A stretch of DNA of 64,000 bases, from the NCBI GenBank assembly GCA_043228905.1, contig JBHGNT010000015.1, positions 10,292,001 to 10,356,000 of the forward strand. Direction: 5' to 3'. Below the pieces are notes generated by a model. The model was given only the letters and a program-made list of their open reading frames with translations, made no database searches and had not been told where the DNA came from. Positions within the stretch are counted from its first letter, which is position 1; every line of letters starts with the position of its first letter. The position numbers and the translations under genes were made by a program. Positions 1 to 13,326 of this stretch are shown piece after piece. Source of the DNA: Azolla caroliniana. Taxonomy: Eukaryota; Plantae; Polypodiophyta.

Positions 1-240
1 AAAAAAGGCCCACGGGATCTGGAACAAGGAGCTTCAAGCAGCCAACCGGCCCAAAACCCCGCGCTTACCACGGGACCTGCCTCGGGTACAACAGATAATG
101 CCGAAACTAGCAATACCCGGAAAGCCTACTACTACTACTGCCGACAGGAAGGCCATTATAGTAATTAATGCTAGGTGAAGAGCTATGACAAATGACCGGC
201 AATAAATATGGTAGTCCCTGAAGTGGCAGATCTGTAGTAG

Positions 241-3200
241 GTGACCACAAGGTCGAAGGGCATGGCCAAGGAATGGGAGACGCAGGAGACCATCCAGAAG
301 CAAGCGACGGAATGGGTGAAAAAAGCAAACGAGCAAAATGTCACAGACTTACAGCGGCAAAAGGAGAATACCGTAGGGCTTGTCGGCGGCAGTCACTCCG
401 AGAACGAGACATGGCTAGCGTTGCAAGAATGCCAGATTACGCTGCCACTAGGAAGACTCCTACAGCTCGTGCCAAGATTCACGGAAGAACTGAAGATGGC
501 CATGACGGCAGGAAAATCATCACCGGCACCGGTACTCTTCTCAAATCCGGAGGAGGGACCAACGGTGGTGGACACCAACAGTCCGGTAATCACTGCCATT
601 GTAAAAGGGAAAGAACTCCCCAGCACAGTTATAGACACAGGCTCCGGGGTGAATGTAATAAGCCTCCGGACGTGTGATGCCCTGGGAGTTACGGCAAACG
701 GAGGAAGCGTTGGAACGGGAAATGGCCGTTTCACAGCGTGTAAAAGCGTCGCAACTTGAAGAGGTGAACCTAGGGACCACGGACGAAGCAAAACCGGTGC
801 ACATCGCCAAGGAGATGAAGTTCAAAGAAAAAACGGCGATGATCACACTTCTCACGGAATTTCGCGACATGTTCGCCTGGTCATACGAAGACATGCGAGG
901 ACTCGACCCTCAGTTATACCAGCATCAGGTTCACTTGAGCAAGGACGCAAAACCTGTGGCATAAAGACGGTACCGGATGAATCCCAATTATGCCGCCAAA
1001 GTCAAGGAGGAAATCGACAAACTGCTAAGAGTTGGATTTATCCGTCCGGTAAAGAAAGCGACATGGCTGAGCCCGATCGTAGTCGTACCAAAGAAGAACG
1101 GAAAAATTCGAGTTTGTGTGGACTACCGGAAACTCAATGCCGCTACGGTAACGGATGCGTTTCCACTTCCGTTCACAGATGGAGTGTTGGATGCCGTTGC
1201 CGGCTATGAGGTCTATAGCTTTCTAGACGGATTCAGCGGGTATAATCAGATCCGGATGCACCCCGACGACCAAGAGAAAACGGCTTTCGTCACCGAATGG
1301 GGGGTGTTTGTGGCCGTGGTGATGATGTTCAGACTCAAAATGACACCGGCAACATTTCAACGAATCATCATGGAAATCTTTGGTGAATATATCCCGGCTT
1401 TTATGCAGGTTTTCCTTGACAATTTCGCCGTCTATAGCCGGGAGGAGGACCATTTTCAGCACCTCCGTCTTTGTCTAGAAAAGTGTAGAGCGTACCGGCT
1501 AAGCTTGAATCCGGCAAAGTGTGTATTTGGCGTGTCCAGTGGAACCTTATTAGGACATATTGTGAGCCAGGAAGGTATTGCTGTCGACCCGGACAAAGTG
1601 AAAGCCATATTAGAAGCACCGGCGCTGGCAACGGCAAAGGCATTAAGCTGGTTCTTAGGCCAGATCCGGTGGCACAGCCGGATGCTCCGATACTTGGCCG
1701 ACCTGGCTACACCGTTGCATGCCGCCGTACATTGGACACCATTCCAGTGGACCGACACCGAGGATAGGGCATATAGGGCCCTCAAGGTACTATTGTCACA
1801 AGCACCGGTAATGCAGCCTCCGGATTGGAGTAAAGAATTTCATGTGTACGTGGACGCCTCCGACATCGCAATCGGAAGCGTACTGATGCAGCTTACGGAG
1901 CCAAAGTGGTACCGGCCAGTGTACTATGCCAGCCGAAAGCTATCCCAAGCGGAACGGAACTACTCTACCACGGAACGGGAAGCTCTAGGGATGATCTACA
2001 GTGTGACAAAGTTTCGGCATTATTTATTGGGAAGGAAGTTTTCTTTCCATGTAGATCATTCGGCACTCCTTTACCTGGTGTCCAAAGCGTCACTCACCGG
2101 TAAGTTGGCCCGGTGGACCTTACTGTTACAGGAATTCGAGTTTGAAATATTCCACCGACCCGGGATACAACATGCCGTAGCGGATTACTTAAGCCGATTA
2201 GAGTCCGGAGAGACGGGTGACGGAGTAGCGGATGAGTTTCCGGATGCGGAGCTGTTTCGAGTCACTACGGAAACGGCAGCAGATTAGACGGTGACACAGG
2301 AAGACAAGTGGCTCACAAATATGCACCAGTTTCTGAGCACAGGACTGCCTCCAGAAGAGATGAACCGGGATGAAAGGAAACGCCTGGCGGTGCAAAGCCG
2401 ACATTTCTGCTTACTGCAAGACACACTTTACCACAAGGGCGCGGACGACATATGGAGATGGGCTGTGCGCAGCGATGAAAAGAACCTCATACTGAGGGAA
2501 GCCCACTGCGGAGTTGCCGGAGGTCACTATGCCGGAGATGCGACGGCCAGGAAAATATGGCAAAGTGGCCTATGGTGGCCAACGACATTAAGAGATGCGG
2601 TACGGTACGCAAAAGAATGTGACCTATGCCAGCGAATGGGCCAGCCAACGGAGCAGGCTCGTATGCCACACCAGCCTGTACTACCACTCGAGCCATTCCA
2701 GAAGTGGGGGCTGGACTTTGTTGGACCATTCAAACCACCGGCAATGAGAACTGGTAATCGGTACGTCATCGTCGCGACGGATTACTGCAAGAAATGGGTG
2801 GAGGCCAAAGCATTAAGAGACAACGCCGCTGCTCCAACGGCAAAATTTCTATACGAGCACATCTGGTGCCATTACGGATGCCCAATCGAATTAATAAGCG
2901 ACGAAGGGGGGCATTTTCTCAGCCAAGTAGTTGAAAGCCTGACGACATTCTATGCCGTTGTCCATAAACGGAGCACACCATACTATCCGCAAGTAAACGG
3001 GTTAGCTGAATCGACGAACAAAACGCTCCAGAATATCCTCCGGAAGATCGTCAACGAAAACCGAACGGATTGGGAGACCAAGCTACATAGCGCGCTTTGG
3101 GCATACCGGACGGCATATAAAACAAGCATCCGAACAACATCGTTCCGGTTAGCATTCGGATTAGAGGCGGTAATGCCGGTGGAATTCCAAGTACCCAGCT

Positions 3201-3718
3201 TACAGATCCAGCTACGGGAACGGTTGAACGAGAAGGAGTCGAAGGCAATACGGTTAACAACGCTGTGTGAACTCGAGGAACAATGACTGGCAAGCATCCT
3301 GCACTTAGAATTGGAACAACGGCGACGGAAAGCATTTGTCGACCGGCACAGGAAAGGAAATGAAAAAATGTTTGCAATCGGCAGGCCGGTGTTAGTATTT
3401 CAGACTCGGATGAGCAAGATGTCGGGAAAACTACGGTTTAGTTGGACCGGCCCGTATTGGCTGACACTTGAGTATAATGGGTCCTACCAGTTAGGGACAC
3501 TTGCCGGCGAAATGCTAGGCAAATGGGTCAACGGATTCCGATTGAAGCCATATAGAGGACCGATGCCTAAGAACCCATTTGAGCAAAGGATCGACACCTT
3601 TGAGGGGAACGGCAACCACCAAGACGGAGGAGACGGCAACCCGGTAACAGGGGAGAATGAGGCGACAGAAAACTGTAATGAGGCCGGTAAGGGTCCGATA
3701 GGACCTACGGACAACTAA
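241..3718 (+). pseudogene. pol: Gypsy A gag C-terminus/protease, RT, RNase H and integrase, with stops and a frameshift
   Basis: VIDTGSGVN protease; FLDGFSGYNQI and FLDN (decayed YxDD) RT; VDASD..YYASR..DH RNase H; H..GH..CDLC and WGLDFVGPF integrase; GPY motif; internal stops near 962, 2285 and 3284. Confidence 0.92.
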
Positions 3719-6556
3719 CCTCACACCACATTAAAATTTATCAAAAAAAAAAAAAAAAAAAAAAAAAAGCGAAGTAATCATGCAAAAGCGAGGTATGAAT
3801 GGACGAAAGAGCGAGGAGCGAAAAGGTACGTAGTGGGCATTTAAGTGCCACCACAGGACATAATGCTATTTTAGTACACGACATGCACACACTCGAAAAA
3901 GGCGCCAGAATGCACAGAGAAAAACCACTGCGTGTGGAGACCCTCTACTTTCGCGAACCCAGGAGCACAGAAGCACCAAGGCGCTGCAAGATCATCAGAC
4001 GAGAACCTACGCACAGAGAACCCCCGCCTTCTGAACTCTCTCTCTCTCACTCTCACTCTCATCACCATCCAACCTCGCCACCACAATCCGACCTCGACAC
4101 AGACATGGACCCGCAAACGCTGTCGGAAGCCGCTAAGAAATGGCTAAAGCAACATGGGCTCGAGGGCTTCTTGATGATTATGGAGGTACCGCCACACAAA
4201 GAAGCCGACAAGGTGATCAAAGAAATCAACACATAGGTCATAACGGCGGAGGCGATACGTGCGTTAACAGGCCTTCCGGAGGGAGGCATACTCACGATTG
4301 ACAACCCGACCTCGAAGCAACTCATCAAGTATTTTGGTGAGTACTCCCTAGCCAGCAAGGGCTACCGGACACAGGGCGGCGGAGATATGTTGTTCCGCGA
4401 GATTGCTCGTGTGCTCCACGAATACGGCCATGTGTACCCTAGACCCCCTGTCATGCCGCAGAACCGGGCAGGGATGATCATCGCCACCTATGAAGGGATC
4501 AAGGTGGATTGGCCGGTATTGATCGCAGATGGTTTGTGTGCGGCGATCGAGATCGTCAGAGGCAAAGACGGCAAAGAAGGCCGAGACGGACGGAGGATAT
4601 GGCACGTCGTAACGCACTGGCTCACCTTGCTTGTGCCACCCGTCCAACCCGTCCAACCCGTCCAGCCCAAGAAGCGGGAAAGAGTGGCGGACGGTACCCC
4701 AAAGACGGCTTCCAAAAGACAACAGTTGTTGGCCTCTAAGGCCACTAAGGGGAAGGAGGCAGACGCAGAACAGGCGGGAAAGGAGAGCGCTAGCCGGAAG
4801 CAGCCAACTGACGCGTAGGAGGAACCACCGGTACGGCCCGTAAAAGTTACACTCCGCCGACCGGTGTATAGAGAAGCGGACCCCTTGGCGGCAAAACTCA
4901 ATGCCGGGACTCAGGAAGAGGAAATAGAGGAGGAGCCTACGGAGCACCTCCAGCGACGGTCATCGGCAAGGACCGTTGAGGCAGCCGGGAACCCTCAGAC
5001 GGAGGGAACACCGGCTTCCCATACTGAGACTCCCACGCCAAGGGAGGAACCGGAACCAGTGCGCATGGCACCGGAATCAGAAGCCCCTGCACCACCGGCA
5101 ACACCGGCAAGTCCTATCCCACCAGAGCCGAAAAGGTCAATGCAGCCTCCCTGGGCCAACCAAGAAGAAGCGCAAGGGGAACCAGGACAGCAGGGTGGTC
5201 CACGGGCGGAAACGGAATTGCAACTCGGCGCAATCAGGCGGGACCACCCATCTACAAGTGAGCCCATCCGTCAAACCTTCGTGCAAACGCAACAATAAGG
5301 CACTGGTAGCCTGTGGCTCCGGTGGATAGGCGAACAGATTGCCGGAGCAGTGGGGTATATTGAGGCGGAAGAAAGAGCGTAAAGCGAACGGTTGCTCGTC
5401 ACAACCGAACAACTAAAGACGGCCCGGTCCAGAATCCGGTGCCTTGAAAAAGACTTGGATCAAGTCACGGCAGAAATGGCCAAAATGGCCTTAACGACAA
5501 CACAGATCCAATCACCGGTGACATACTAATAAGACCCCGGCAATGGAACCCGTCACAAAGAGAGATGCGGCGCAAGCCCAGGAGCTTGCGGAATTGAGAG
5601 ATGAACTTGCCGCACAAGAAGCGCTAAGGAGCCGGGAACGGGAATTGAAGACAGCGACTGAATCAGAATTAAAGAAGACGGCTGAGAACCTCCGTCGGGC
5701 AGAGGAGAGCCTCCGGAAAGGCCATCAAGCGTACGACAGGCTAAGGGAGGAAAAAGACAAAGTGTTGCAGGAAAAGGACAAGCTGCAGAAGACGGCGGAA
5801 ACGGAAATTGAACAGCTAAAGGAAGAGCTCCGCCAGCAGAAGGACCGCGAGGATTGGGCCTGTCGACAGATCAACGCACGGCTCAAGCAAAAGACAGATG
5901 ATTTTGAGCACCTGCACCGGGACAACAAACGGCTGGAAACGAAGCATAAGGAACGGATGGCTGAGCTCCAGCAGGAAGTTGATTGGGCCGCGACGGCGAT
6001 CGCCGACGAACGTGCGGAAAATACAAGACGGTTGGACGAGGCGGAGAAGGTCCGGATGGAGCTCCAGAGGCAGCAACAGGAAGAAAAGGAGAGAGCGTCA
6101 ACGGTATTGCAGAAATTACAAAGCACATATCAAAGGCAATTGACGCATTACAAGGAGCAGGCGGAAGACAACGTCAAAATCATCAAGCAATTGAAGGAGG
6201 AATGGCAAGCAGCGGAGATCAAATAGCAATTGGGAACGGGCCGGATTCAGTGCATCCTCAGGTCATGGTTGAATCAGACAAAACACTTGATTGACGAAAG
6301 CTCCGTAAGATTGTGGACAAAGTGGGCACAAAATGCAGCAGAACTCCAATTGCTACGGGAAGACGTGGCAAACCAGCGGAAGGAAGGAGATGATTGTTAC
6401 ACGTTGACTTCTGAGGACTTCACCGCCATACGGGACGAGCTGGCCGACGACTTCCAAATCCTGGCGGATGAACAGCTGGCGCAGGTCCGGCAACTCGTAG
6501 CTCAGCTAGACGATGATAGGTTGGACGCTCAAATCCAGTTTGAAAGCTACGAGCGG

Positions 6557-7512
6557 TGTCGTGAAGATCCGTCACTACGCGCGGATCGTGAGGTGGAACC
6601 GCGGGGGTTCTGGACAAGAAGGATTTAGAGTCGATACAAGCTTTGGCGAGAAAGTACTTAAGATAGATTGGGAAAGAGAGAAGATGAGATTACACGATTG
6701 ATTTGATAACGAAATTCTTCTTCTTAATTTTCATGAAAAAAACCGTCCTTTTTCTCCTCCCCCTTCCCTCTTTTATAGATGCTCTCATGCATGTGAGGGT
6801 ACAAGACATGCATAAATTGCATGTTTGCCATTTGGCGCTTAACTATTACATGTGGTGCATGCTAACCATGTCACTCATTTTAGCTCTCATGTATGAGAAT
6901 TTACATGTAAAAGTACAATGATAGAAATATAATTTTAACTAAATACCATGGCTTAATGGTAAGCCATTTGACTCCTAACTTGGAGGTGCAAGGTTCGAAT
7001 CCTTACTTGCCCTCCTTGTATTGTATATGTAAATATGTATATATATTTATATATTTATTTATCTAGTCGCCGGTTCGCCGGATACCGGTGCCGCCGCCGT
7101 CGGATCACCGTATCCATCGCCGGTCCGGTTTTGGTTGGCCAAAACCCTTTACGAGTAGCTAGCCCACCTCCACTCTTAGTTCAAGTTACCTTGAACTCTC
7201 TATGCTCCACACATAGACACAAAGATAATATCTTTTGCTCCACCTTATATATGATGAGAGCTGTATTTGTCGTGCCTATGTGGGATATCTCACAATTTTC
7301 TCCTTTCCTTTTACAAACTTTATACCCTCATATCTTGACATTTAGTTGTCCGTTTCTCGTGTAATAAACTGCATTCGAAACCTCCATCATTTTGTACTTA
7401 GATATTAAATCTATTTAAAATGTTATCTTCACAATTATTGTACTACGTGATTCATACTCGATTTCGTACGTTTTATAGGATTTTCACACTATTGCCGAAA
7501 ATCTTCACGACA
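6557..7512 (-). repeat. 3' LTR of Gypsy B
   Basis: TG..CA termini with terminal inverted repeat; matches 13335-14242 plus 20468-20592. Confidence 0.95.
6948..7006 (+). promoter_or_regulatory. tRNA-derived Pol III A/B-box module inside the LTR (other copies ~13726-13784 +, ~43596-43652 -, ~54068-54127 -)
   Basis: TGGCTTAATGG A-box with GGCTT/AAGCC D-stem; CTCCTAA loop; AAGG-TTCGAAT-CCTT T-arm/B-box; acceptor stem does not pair. Confidence 0.7.
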
Positions 7513-7639
7513 TCCACCCCCACCAAACCGCACGTCCTCCGGTATGTGCCAAGAAGAGAAGAAGTGAGATTTCGGCTACGATGATCAATTAGATTCCTCC
7601 ATTTCTTCATTTTCATCCGGCCTATTATGTTCATCGTCG

Positions 7640-10600
7640 AGGTAATCAAGGTCAGGATCCTTGTCTTGTCTTTTCTTGAAAAGCTTTACTCTTTTCCCGC
7701 AATGGGTACGGCCAACCTTGATCCGTCTAGTTCCGCAAGGTGGTATGTGGCATTATCGTTGGCACTTGTCACCACATACGGCCCGAACCATCTTCTTGCG
7801 AACTTCCTTGTTGTACTATGTTGATTGTCAAGGGTGCGACAGTAAACCAAAACCCAATCCCCTTCTTCAATCTTCTTGGGACGAAGTCGATGCGTGTTGT
7901 CGAACTGAACTTTGTTCTTTACTCGGGCTGCCTTCATCATCTTTCGCGCTTTTTCTAAATCTTCAGGTCTTCTTTCAAGTTTCCTTATCCGCGCCGCTAA
8001 TAACTCTTCTCGGCTCATCTCGTTCTCCCACGGTATCGCTACCCATGAGGCGATTGTCCTTTCGATGGGCATAATCGGCTTTTGTCCATACATAAGCTCC
8101 GTTGGCATATACCCTGTCACCGAGCTATGTGTCGTTCTATCGGCCCACAAGGCATAGGGTAATAGTCGTGGCCAATTCCCGACTCGACCGTTGCATGCCC
8201 GTACGATGGCTTTAACGATAGGTCCATGCCCTCGCTCAATCTTCCCATTTGCTTCCGGATTGTAGGCAGTCGTGAGGGAGAGCTTCACGCCTAGTCTTTC
8301 GAAGAGCTCCGTCGCTTCGTGCGCGTCCAACTCCCCTCGGTCGGCCACTATCTTCCCTACACATCCATATCGGCAAACAACATCTTCAAGTAAAAATTTA
8401 CAAACGGCTGAAGTCGTCTTATTTGTCAAGGCTCGTCCTTCCACTTGATTTGTCAAGTCTTCCCTTGTGAGCCCTAAGTACTTCATTTGTCCCACTCCCA
8501 TTGGCATCGAGACCAGATCCACCATCCATTTGAAGTGAATGGTGAGTGGGTATGTCGGCTTTAACTCATCACGATGACGTATATTTGAATATATTTGGCA
8601 AGTTTCACATGTGGACACGAAATGGAGTACATCTTTGTACATGCTTGGCCACCAGTACTTCTCCTTCAATTTTTCGAACGTCGCCCATGTTCCTCTATGA
8701 CCTGCCCAAGCACTCTCGTGGAATTCGGTCATCAGCGTCTCTTGCTCTTCTTTCTTTACCACCACTCGACATGGTATTCCTGTCCTTCTTTTTGGATGTC
8801 GCCAAAGGAATCCTCCCTTCAAGAAGTATCGATAAGCTTTCTTTCGGATTCGTAGGGCCTCCTCCTTTGTCAACGAAGCATCTGTCGTCAATGTTCTTAG
8901 GAATCTACCGATGAGTAACCATTATCCTTCGTACTCGTTCTCATTGAAGGCGTGGAGGGTTTGCGTGTCCTGGTCTTTCGCCGACAATCGAGCCATCTTG
9001 AAGAAGTTGAGGGCGACATCTTCATCTTCCGAAACCATGTTACTTCCATTTGAAAATCTTGCCCTCGACAGCATGTCAGCCATGGCGTTCTTCTTCCCTG
9101 CAATGTGACGGATCTCTGGGTTTAAAGACTTGATGTAGGCGATCCACCTTAGCATAGCAAGATCTGGGGTCGCACATCCCGAGATCATTCCGAGAATTGG
9201 GAAACAATCTGTCTCTATTATCACTTCTGACCCGATCAGGTAATCTTTGCCCGTCTTCACTACCGACACAATACCCCAAAGTTCCCGCTTGACTTGGGCA
9301 TATCTTTGTTGCCGTTCGCTGAGAACCTTTGCTCTGAACCGGACGGCATATCGCGCATTATCTTCACCTTCTTGATTGATGACCCACCCAATTCCGGTTG
9401 GGCTCGTATCTACGGTCACGTAAATTGGTTTCCCTTCGGCATAGTCGGCCTTCCTTAGTGCCGGAGCTTCAAGAAGTAGTTTCTTTAATCTTCGCATCGC
9501 CTCTGTGCGCTCGTCTCGCCATTCGAACTTTATTCTTTTCTTTAGTAGTCCATATAACGGTTCGGCGACATGAGCGTAGTGAGGAATCCATATATGATAA
9601 AACGCGCACGCTCCAAGGAACCTTAGAACCTCCGTTTGGTTTTCGCATTCTTCTTTCATGTCTTGGATTGCGCTCACTTTGGATGGCGAGGGCTTCCGGC
9701 CGTATGCTCCACACAAGTGACCTACCACCAAGATCTCCGGTTGCCCAAATGCGGATTTTTCTCCCGAAAATATCAAATTCGCATCTTCGAGCCTTTGAAG
9801 CACCTTCTCGCAATCTTTCATATGATCCGCAATGAACTTTCTACAACCTTCCTTATCTTTCGATTCATCTTTCTCCTCATCCGAACATCCTTTTATCGGA
9901 ATATCATCCAAGAATGGCATCGTGATGTCCGGAATGCAATCCTTCAAGACTTTATTCATGGCATTCACCATATGAGCCACCGAGTTCGTTGCGCCTTGGG
10001 GTAAGGTACACATCCGCACAAGCCCGATCAGAGTCCTCATGGTTGTAATGTCCCGACTGTCGATCGCCAACTGGAATTGGTCATATCCGGAGTAGAGATC
10101 GCCAATGGAGTAGATGGACCGGCCCGCAAACGCTTCGGCAAATTCGTCCACGCTCGGACCGATTCCGGCATTTCGAATTGTCACCTTGTTGAGGGGTTGA
10201 AGATCTTGGATGAATCGCAATGATCCATTCTTCTTCGGCACTGTGAACCACCTATTGGAATAAGGAGCATTCGACGGTTCTAGAATTCCCATACTCACCT
10301 TCTCCTTTAAGAGCTCGATCAGCTTCGGAAGGTGTGCTCTCGGAACCGGTATCGGTTTCAAATTCCAAGGCACATGAGGCACCGTGAAGATCACCATTGG
10401 CTCTATAACCTTTGGGTCGGCGCATCCGATTTCTCGTGGGAAGAATGCGAAAGCCTTCCCATGTCTCTCAAGCATATCGCGAAACATTCGCTCCTCTTCA
10501 GGGAGAAGGAAATCCTCCTTTCCAACTCGTAGCTTCCCCTTCGTCTCTTTGGTGAAGTCATGACCTATCTTCTTCGGATCTCTTAAGCTTGGATCGTTAG

Positions 10601-11003
10601 CGACTTCCTTCATCTTTTGCCAGCTATCTTCCGGTAGCGGAACCGCAACTGGCTTGATCTTCTTATCCACCGTTTTATATTTCGTGTTGATGTCAGCTTC
10701 CTTCATCGAGATGCCACGACGGTATTCATCGATGATAGCGTACATGTTGACGGAGTTAACCGAAATCACGCGTTGGTTGTGAAGATAGCTCAAGTCCACG
10801 ACGTCCTTGATTTCGCCGATGGTGTCGTTAAATGAGGCTTCTTCCATAATATGAGTCACGGACTCTCCTTCTTCTATTATGTTCTCTTCTTTCAGCATCT
10901 TCTCGAATTCTTGTATTTGGCGCTTGTGCTTCTTGTCGGGTAGTACTAGTTTACATGCACCACTAGGTGTGACACATGTTGCTTCTCCTTGCAATCCACG
11001 CAT
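7640..11003 (-). pseudogene. pol: Gypsy B pol (RT-RNase H-integrase), frameshifted near 8920 and 7690
   Basis: DLYSGYDQF, LPQG and FLDD RT motifs; VDTS RNase H; H..GH..CETC, WMVDLV, DRG and NGKIERGH integrase; GPY motif. Confidence 0.93.
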
Positions 11004-11068
11004 TCTTCTTTCTTGTGGGGTCTTGTGATTGCTCAGACTATTTGTGCCCCATGCTTCAATAGTCTGAT

Positions 11069-13273
11069 CTAAAAATCCGAGGATTCGCCTCCAAGACTAT
11101 CTCGATTCCTTTCATGATTGGCTCGCACTGTTAGGAATTGGACCGATCTTTGGTTGTCAAGACTCTTTATTCGTGCGAAGGCTGCTCCATTATCGAACAC
11201 TTTGGTCTCCATCCAAGATGATGTGATATAAGGTTGCCCTAGGATGACAGGATGCGACGCCGATTCTTGTACGAAGAAGTGTTGATCCATCTCCACATCC
11301 CCGATCGTGACTTTGACATTGGGACAAGCTCCGTACAAGTCCTCCGTAGACTTTGTTGCCGCGCGAATCTTCCATCCGTGGTTTGTATTGATTGGCCATC
11401 TTCCCTTTTTGTAGAAGTCGGTTGACATGAGGTTGATCTCCGAGCCGTGGTCGATCAAGGCTACCACGGTCTCTTTCTTCTCCCCGATCTTCACCGGCGT
11501 CTCCGTTGTCGCTCGTGCCCAATGAGGTCGAGTGTAGTGGCTGTCCACCATATCTTCATCGATTTCGTCTCTTGCCATCGTTTTGGCATTCGTTTTTGCT
11601 TTTTGCGGCTTCTCTTCTTCCTCGTCCGATTGTTGTCTCTTTCTCTTTACAAGGTCCACGATCGTGTCATGGAACTCCTTTTTCGTAATGCCAAGCAATT
11701 CCCTCAAGGACAAAGTTACGTGGCTATCAAGAACTCGTTCTTCGAGAATCTTCTTTAGGTCCGTTGTCTGCTCTATGTCCGACCTTAGCTTATAGGTAGG
11801 TATAGTCCTTGTCCTCCGAGCGGGGTCTTCGACACCAACCTTCACGGGCCGCACCGTTTCTTCAACTCGTATGCTCGGCTCCCCTTTTCGGCTTGATTCT
11901 CGTTCCTCCGTTTGTAAAGGTCGACTCGTCTCCGCATCGTCCTTCTTTTTCGCGTTCCTTGTTTCATGTCTTTTAGATGGGCCTTGCTCTTCTATTCTCT
12001 TTCTCTTTTCTTCGACGAACACCTCGTGGTTGTCGCACATCACCTCTGCGAGTATGGTGTTGTCGTCCACCGGATCCGACCACCCGGTTATGCTTTGCAC
12101 GTTTCGGTCCGCAAGCTCTACCTCGTTCGATGTGACTTTTCCCTTCTTCTCATATTCGAGAACGGAAGTCCAAAACTTTGCTCCCGCTCTAGCAGCTTCA
12201 GTCTTGTCTTTCCCGACTCTTATTCCGGCCGACGCAGCATAGTGCATCGCATCCACATGAGTCGCATTGGCATCCTCCATAGATTTCTTCATTCCTCCTC
12301 TTCCGAAATTCACCCGTAGGGGTCTTCTAGTCTCGCTTGAGCAGATCATGTTGTCCTCTATGTATACGATATTTTGTCGAATCGCCTCTCGAAGGCTCGC
12401 ACAATCCCTTCTCATGTGGTACATACTATCGCACCACACGCATCTAAAGGGTTCTTTTCCTTTAGGGCCCCGACAATTCATGTTGGCTAGCATGACCTTC
12501 TCGAACTTCTTCGCTAGCTCTTCGATGATGTCATCATCAATCTTCTTTTCTTCCACGTTACTTTGTCTCAGCGGCTCAGCTACTTTCGGCGGTCTTGCTT
12601 TCTCCGTCGTAGTTGGTCCCGTCATGTCGGTGTCATCAACCCATTGGCGACGCTTGTCGAGCCTATTGCATGCCCGCTTCACCGCGATCCAGTCCGCTAC
12701 GAGCCCATTTGCTTGGGTATCATCTTCGAGAAGAGTCCCTAACTCCCGTCTATCCTTTATGTCCACGGCCTTCAAGAAGTACAAAGTCTTGTCCTCTTCA
12801 AGCAACACTTGGTCCGTATTGGGGAGACGACTAAACATCTGATCGAATTCGTCGTACACCCTTGAGACGCTCATCTTCTTATTCTTCTTCTCTATCCACT
12901 TCATCAGGGCATGTCGAGTCATCCTCGTTGAGTCTTCAGTCACGAACTCCGCTAGTATCGTTTTCTCGAACTCGGACCATGTTGTCTTACCTTCTTGAAG
13001 CTCGATGACGCGTCTTTGGATGTTGTTGGCGACAACTCTCTTGAAGCTTGCGATTTGACGTGCCTCGGACACGTCCCTCTTATTCATCTCCCTCTTATAT
13101 GCATCAAGGAACTTCGTAACGTTCCTTCCATCGAATTGGCCCTCGAGCTCTACGACACGATCGACAGCCTTCTCCACGCTCGCGTCGTTGTCCCGAGATC
13201 TCATCATTTGCTCGACGATTAGCATCATCCTTTCGAGCTCACCCGCTTGGTTGCTTGAGGATGCCATCTCCAA
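11069..13273 (-). CDS. gag: Gypsy B gag-protease, 734 aa, open
   Basis: Zinc knuckle CVWCDSMYHMRRDC; protease LIDHGSEIN..ILG. Confidence 0.9.
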   Translation of the reverse strand: MEMASSSNQAGELERMMLIVEQMMRSRDNDASVEKAVDRVVELEGQFDGRNVTKFLDAYKREMNKRDVSEARQIASFKRVVANNIQRRVIELQEGKTTWSEFEKTILAEFVTEDSTRMTRHALMKWIEKKNKKMSVSRVYDEFDQMFSRLPNTDQVLLEEDKTLYFLKAVDIKDRRELGTLLEDDTQANGLVADWIAVKRACNRLDKRRQWVDDTDMTGPTTTEKARPPKVAEPLRQSNVEEKKIDDDIIEELAKKFEKVMLANMNCRGPKGKEPFRCVWCDSMYHMRRDCASLREAIRQNIVYIEDNMICSSETRRPLRVNFGRGGMKKSMEDANATHVDAMHYAASAGIRVGKDKTEAARAGAKFWTSVLEYEKKGKVTSNEVELADRNVQSITGWSDPVDDNTILAEVMCDNHEVFVEEKRKRIEEQGPSKRHETRNAKKKDDAETSRPLQTEERESSRKGEPSIRVEETVRPVKVGVEDPARRTRTIPTYKLRSDIEQTTDLKKILEERVLDSHVTLSLRELLGITKKEFHDTIVDLVKRKRQQSDEEEEKPQKAKTNAKTMARDEIDEDMVDSHYTRPHWARATTETPVKIGEKKETVVALIDHGSEINLMSTDFYKKGRWPINTNHGWKIRAATKSTEDLYGACPNVKVTIGDVEMDQHFFVQESASHPVILGQPYITSSWMETKVFDNGAAFARIKSLDNQRSVQFLTVRANHERNRDSLGGESSDF

Positions 13274-13309
13274 GTATCAATCTCGACTTGATCCTTCCTA
13301 CCGCCTCGT

Positions 13310-13326
13310 TCATGTCGGGTTCACCA
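13310..13326 (-). other. Primer-binding site (tRNA-Trp) of Gypsy B
   Basis: TGGTGAACCCGACATGA on the - strand, 8 nt from the LTR. Same motif at 28384, 44651 and 51143. Complementary to the plant tRNA-Trp 3' end as recalled (..TCACGTCGGGTTCACCA). Confidence 0.85.

Noticed and set aside
6941-7015. Functional tRNA-Arg(CCT) gene
   Set aside because: Acceptor and anticodon stems do not pair; kept only as a tRNA-derived promoter module.
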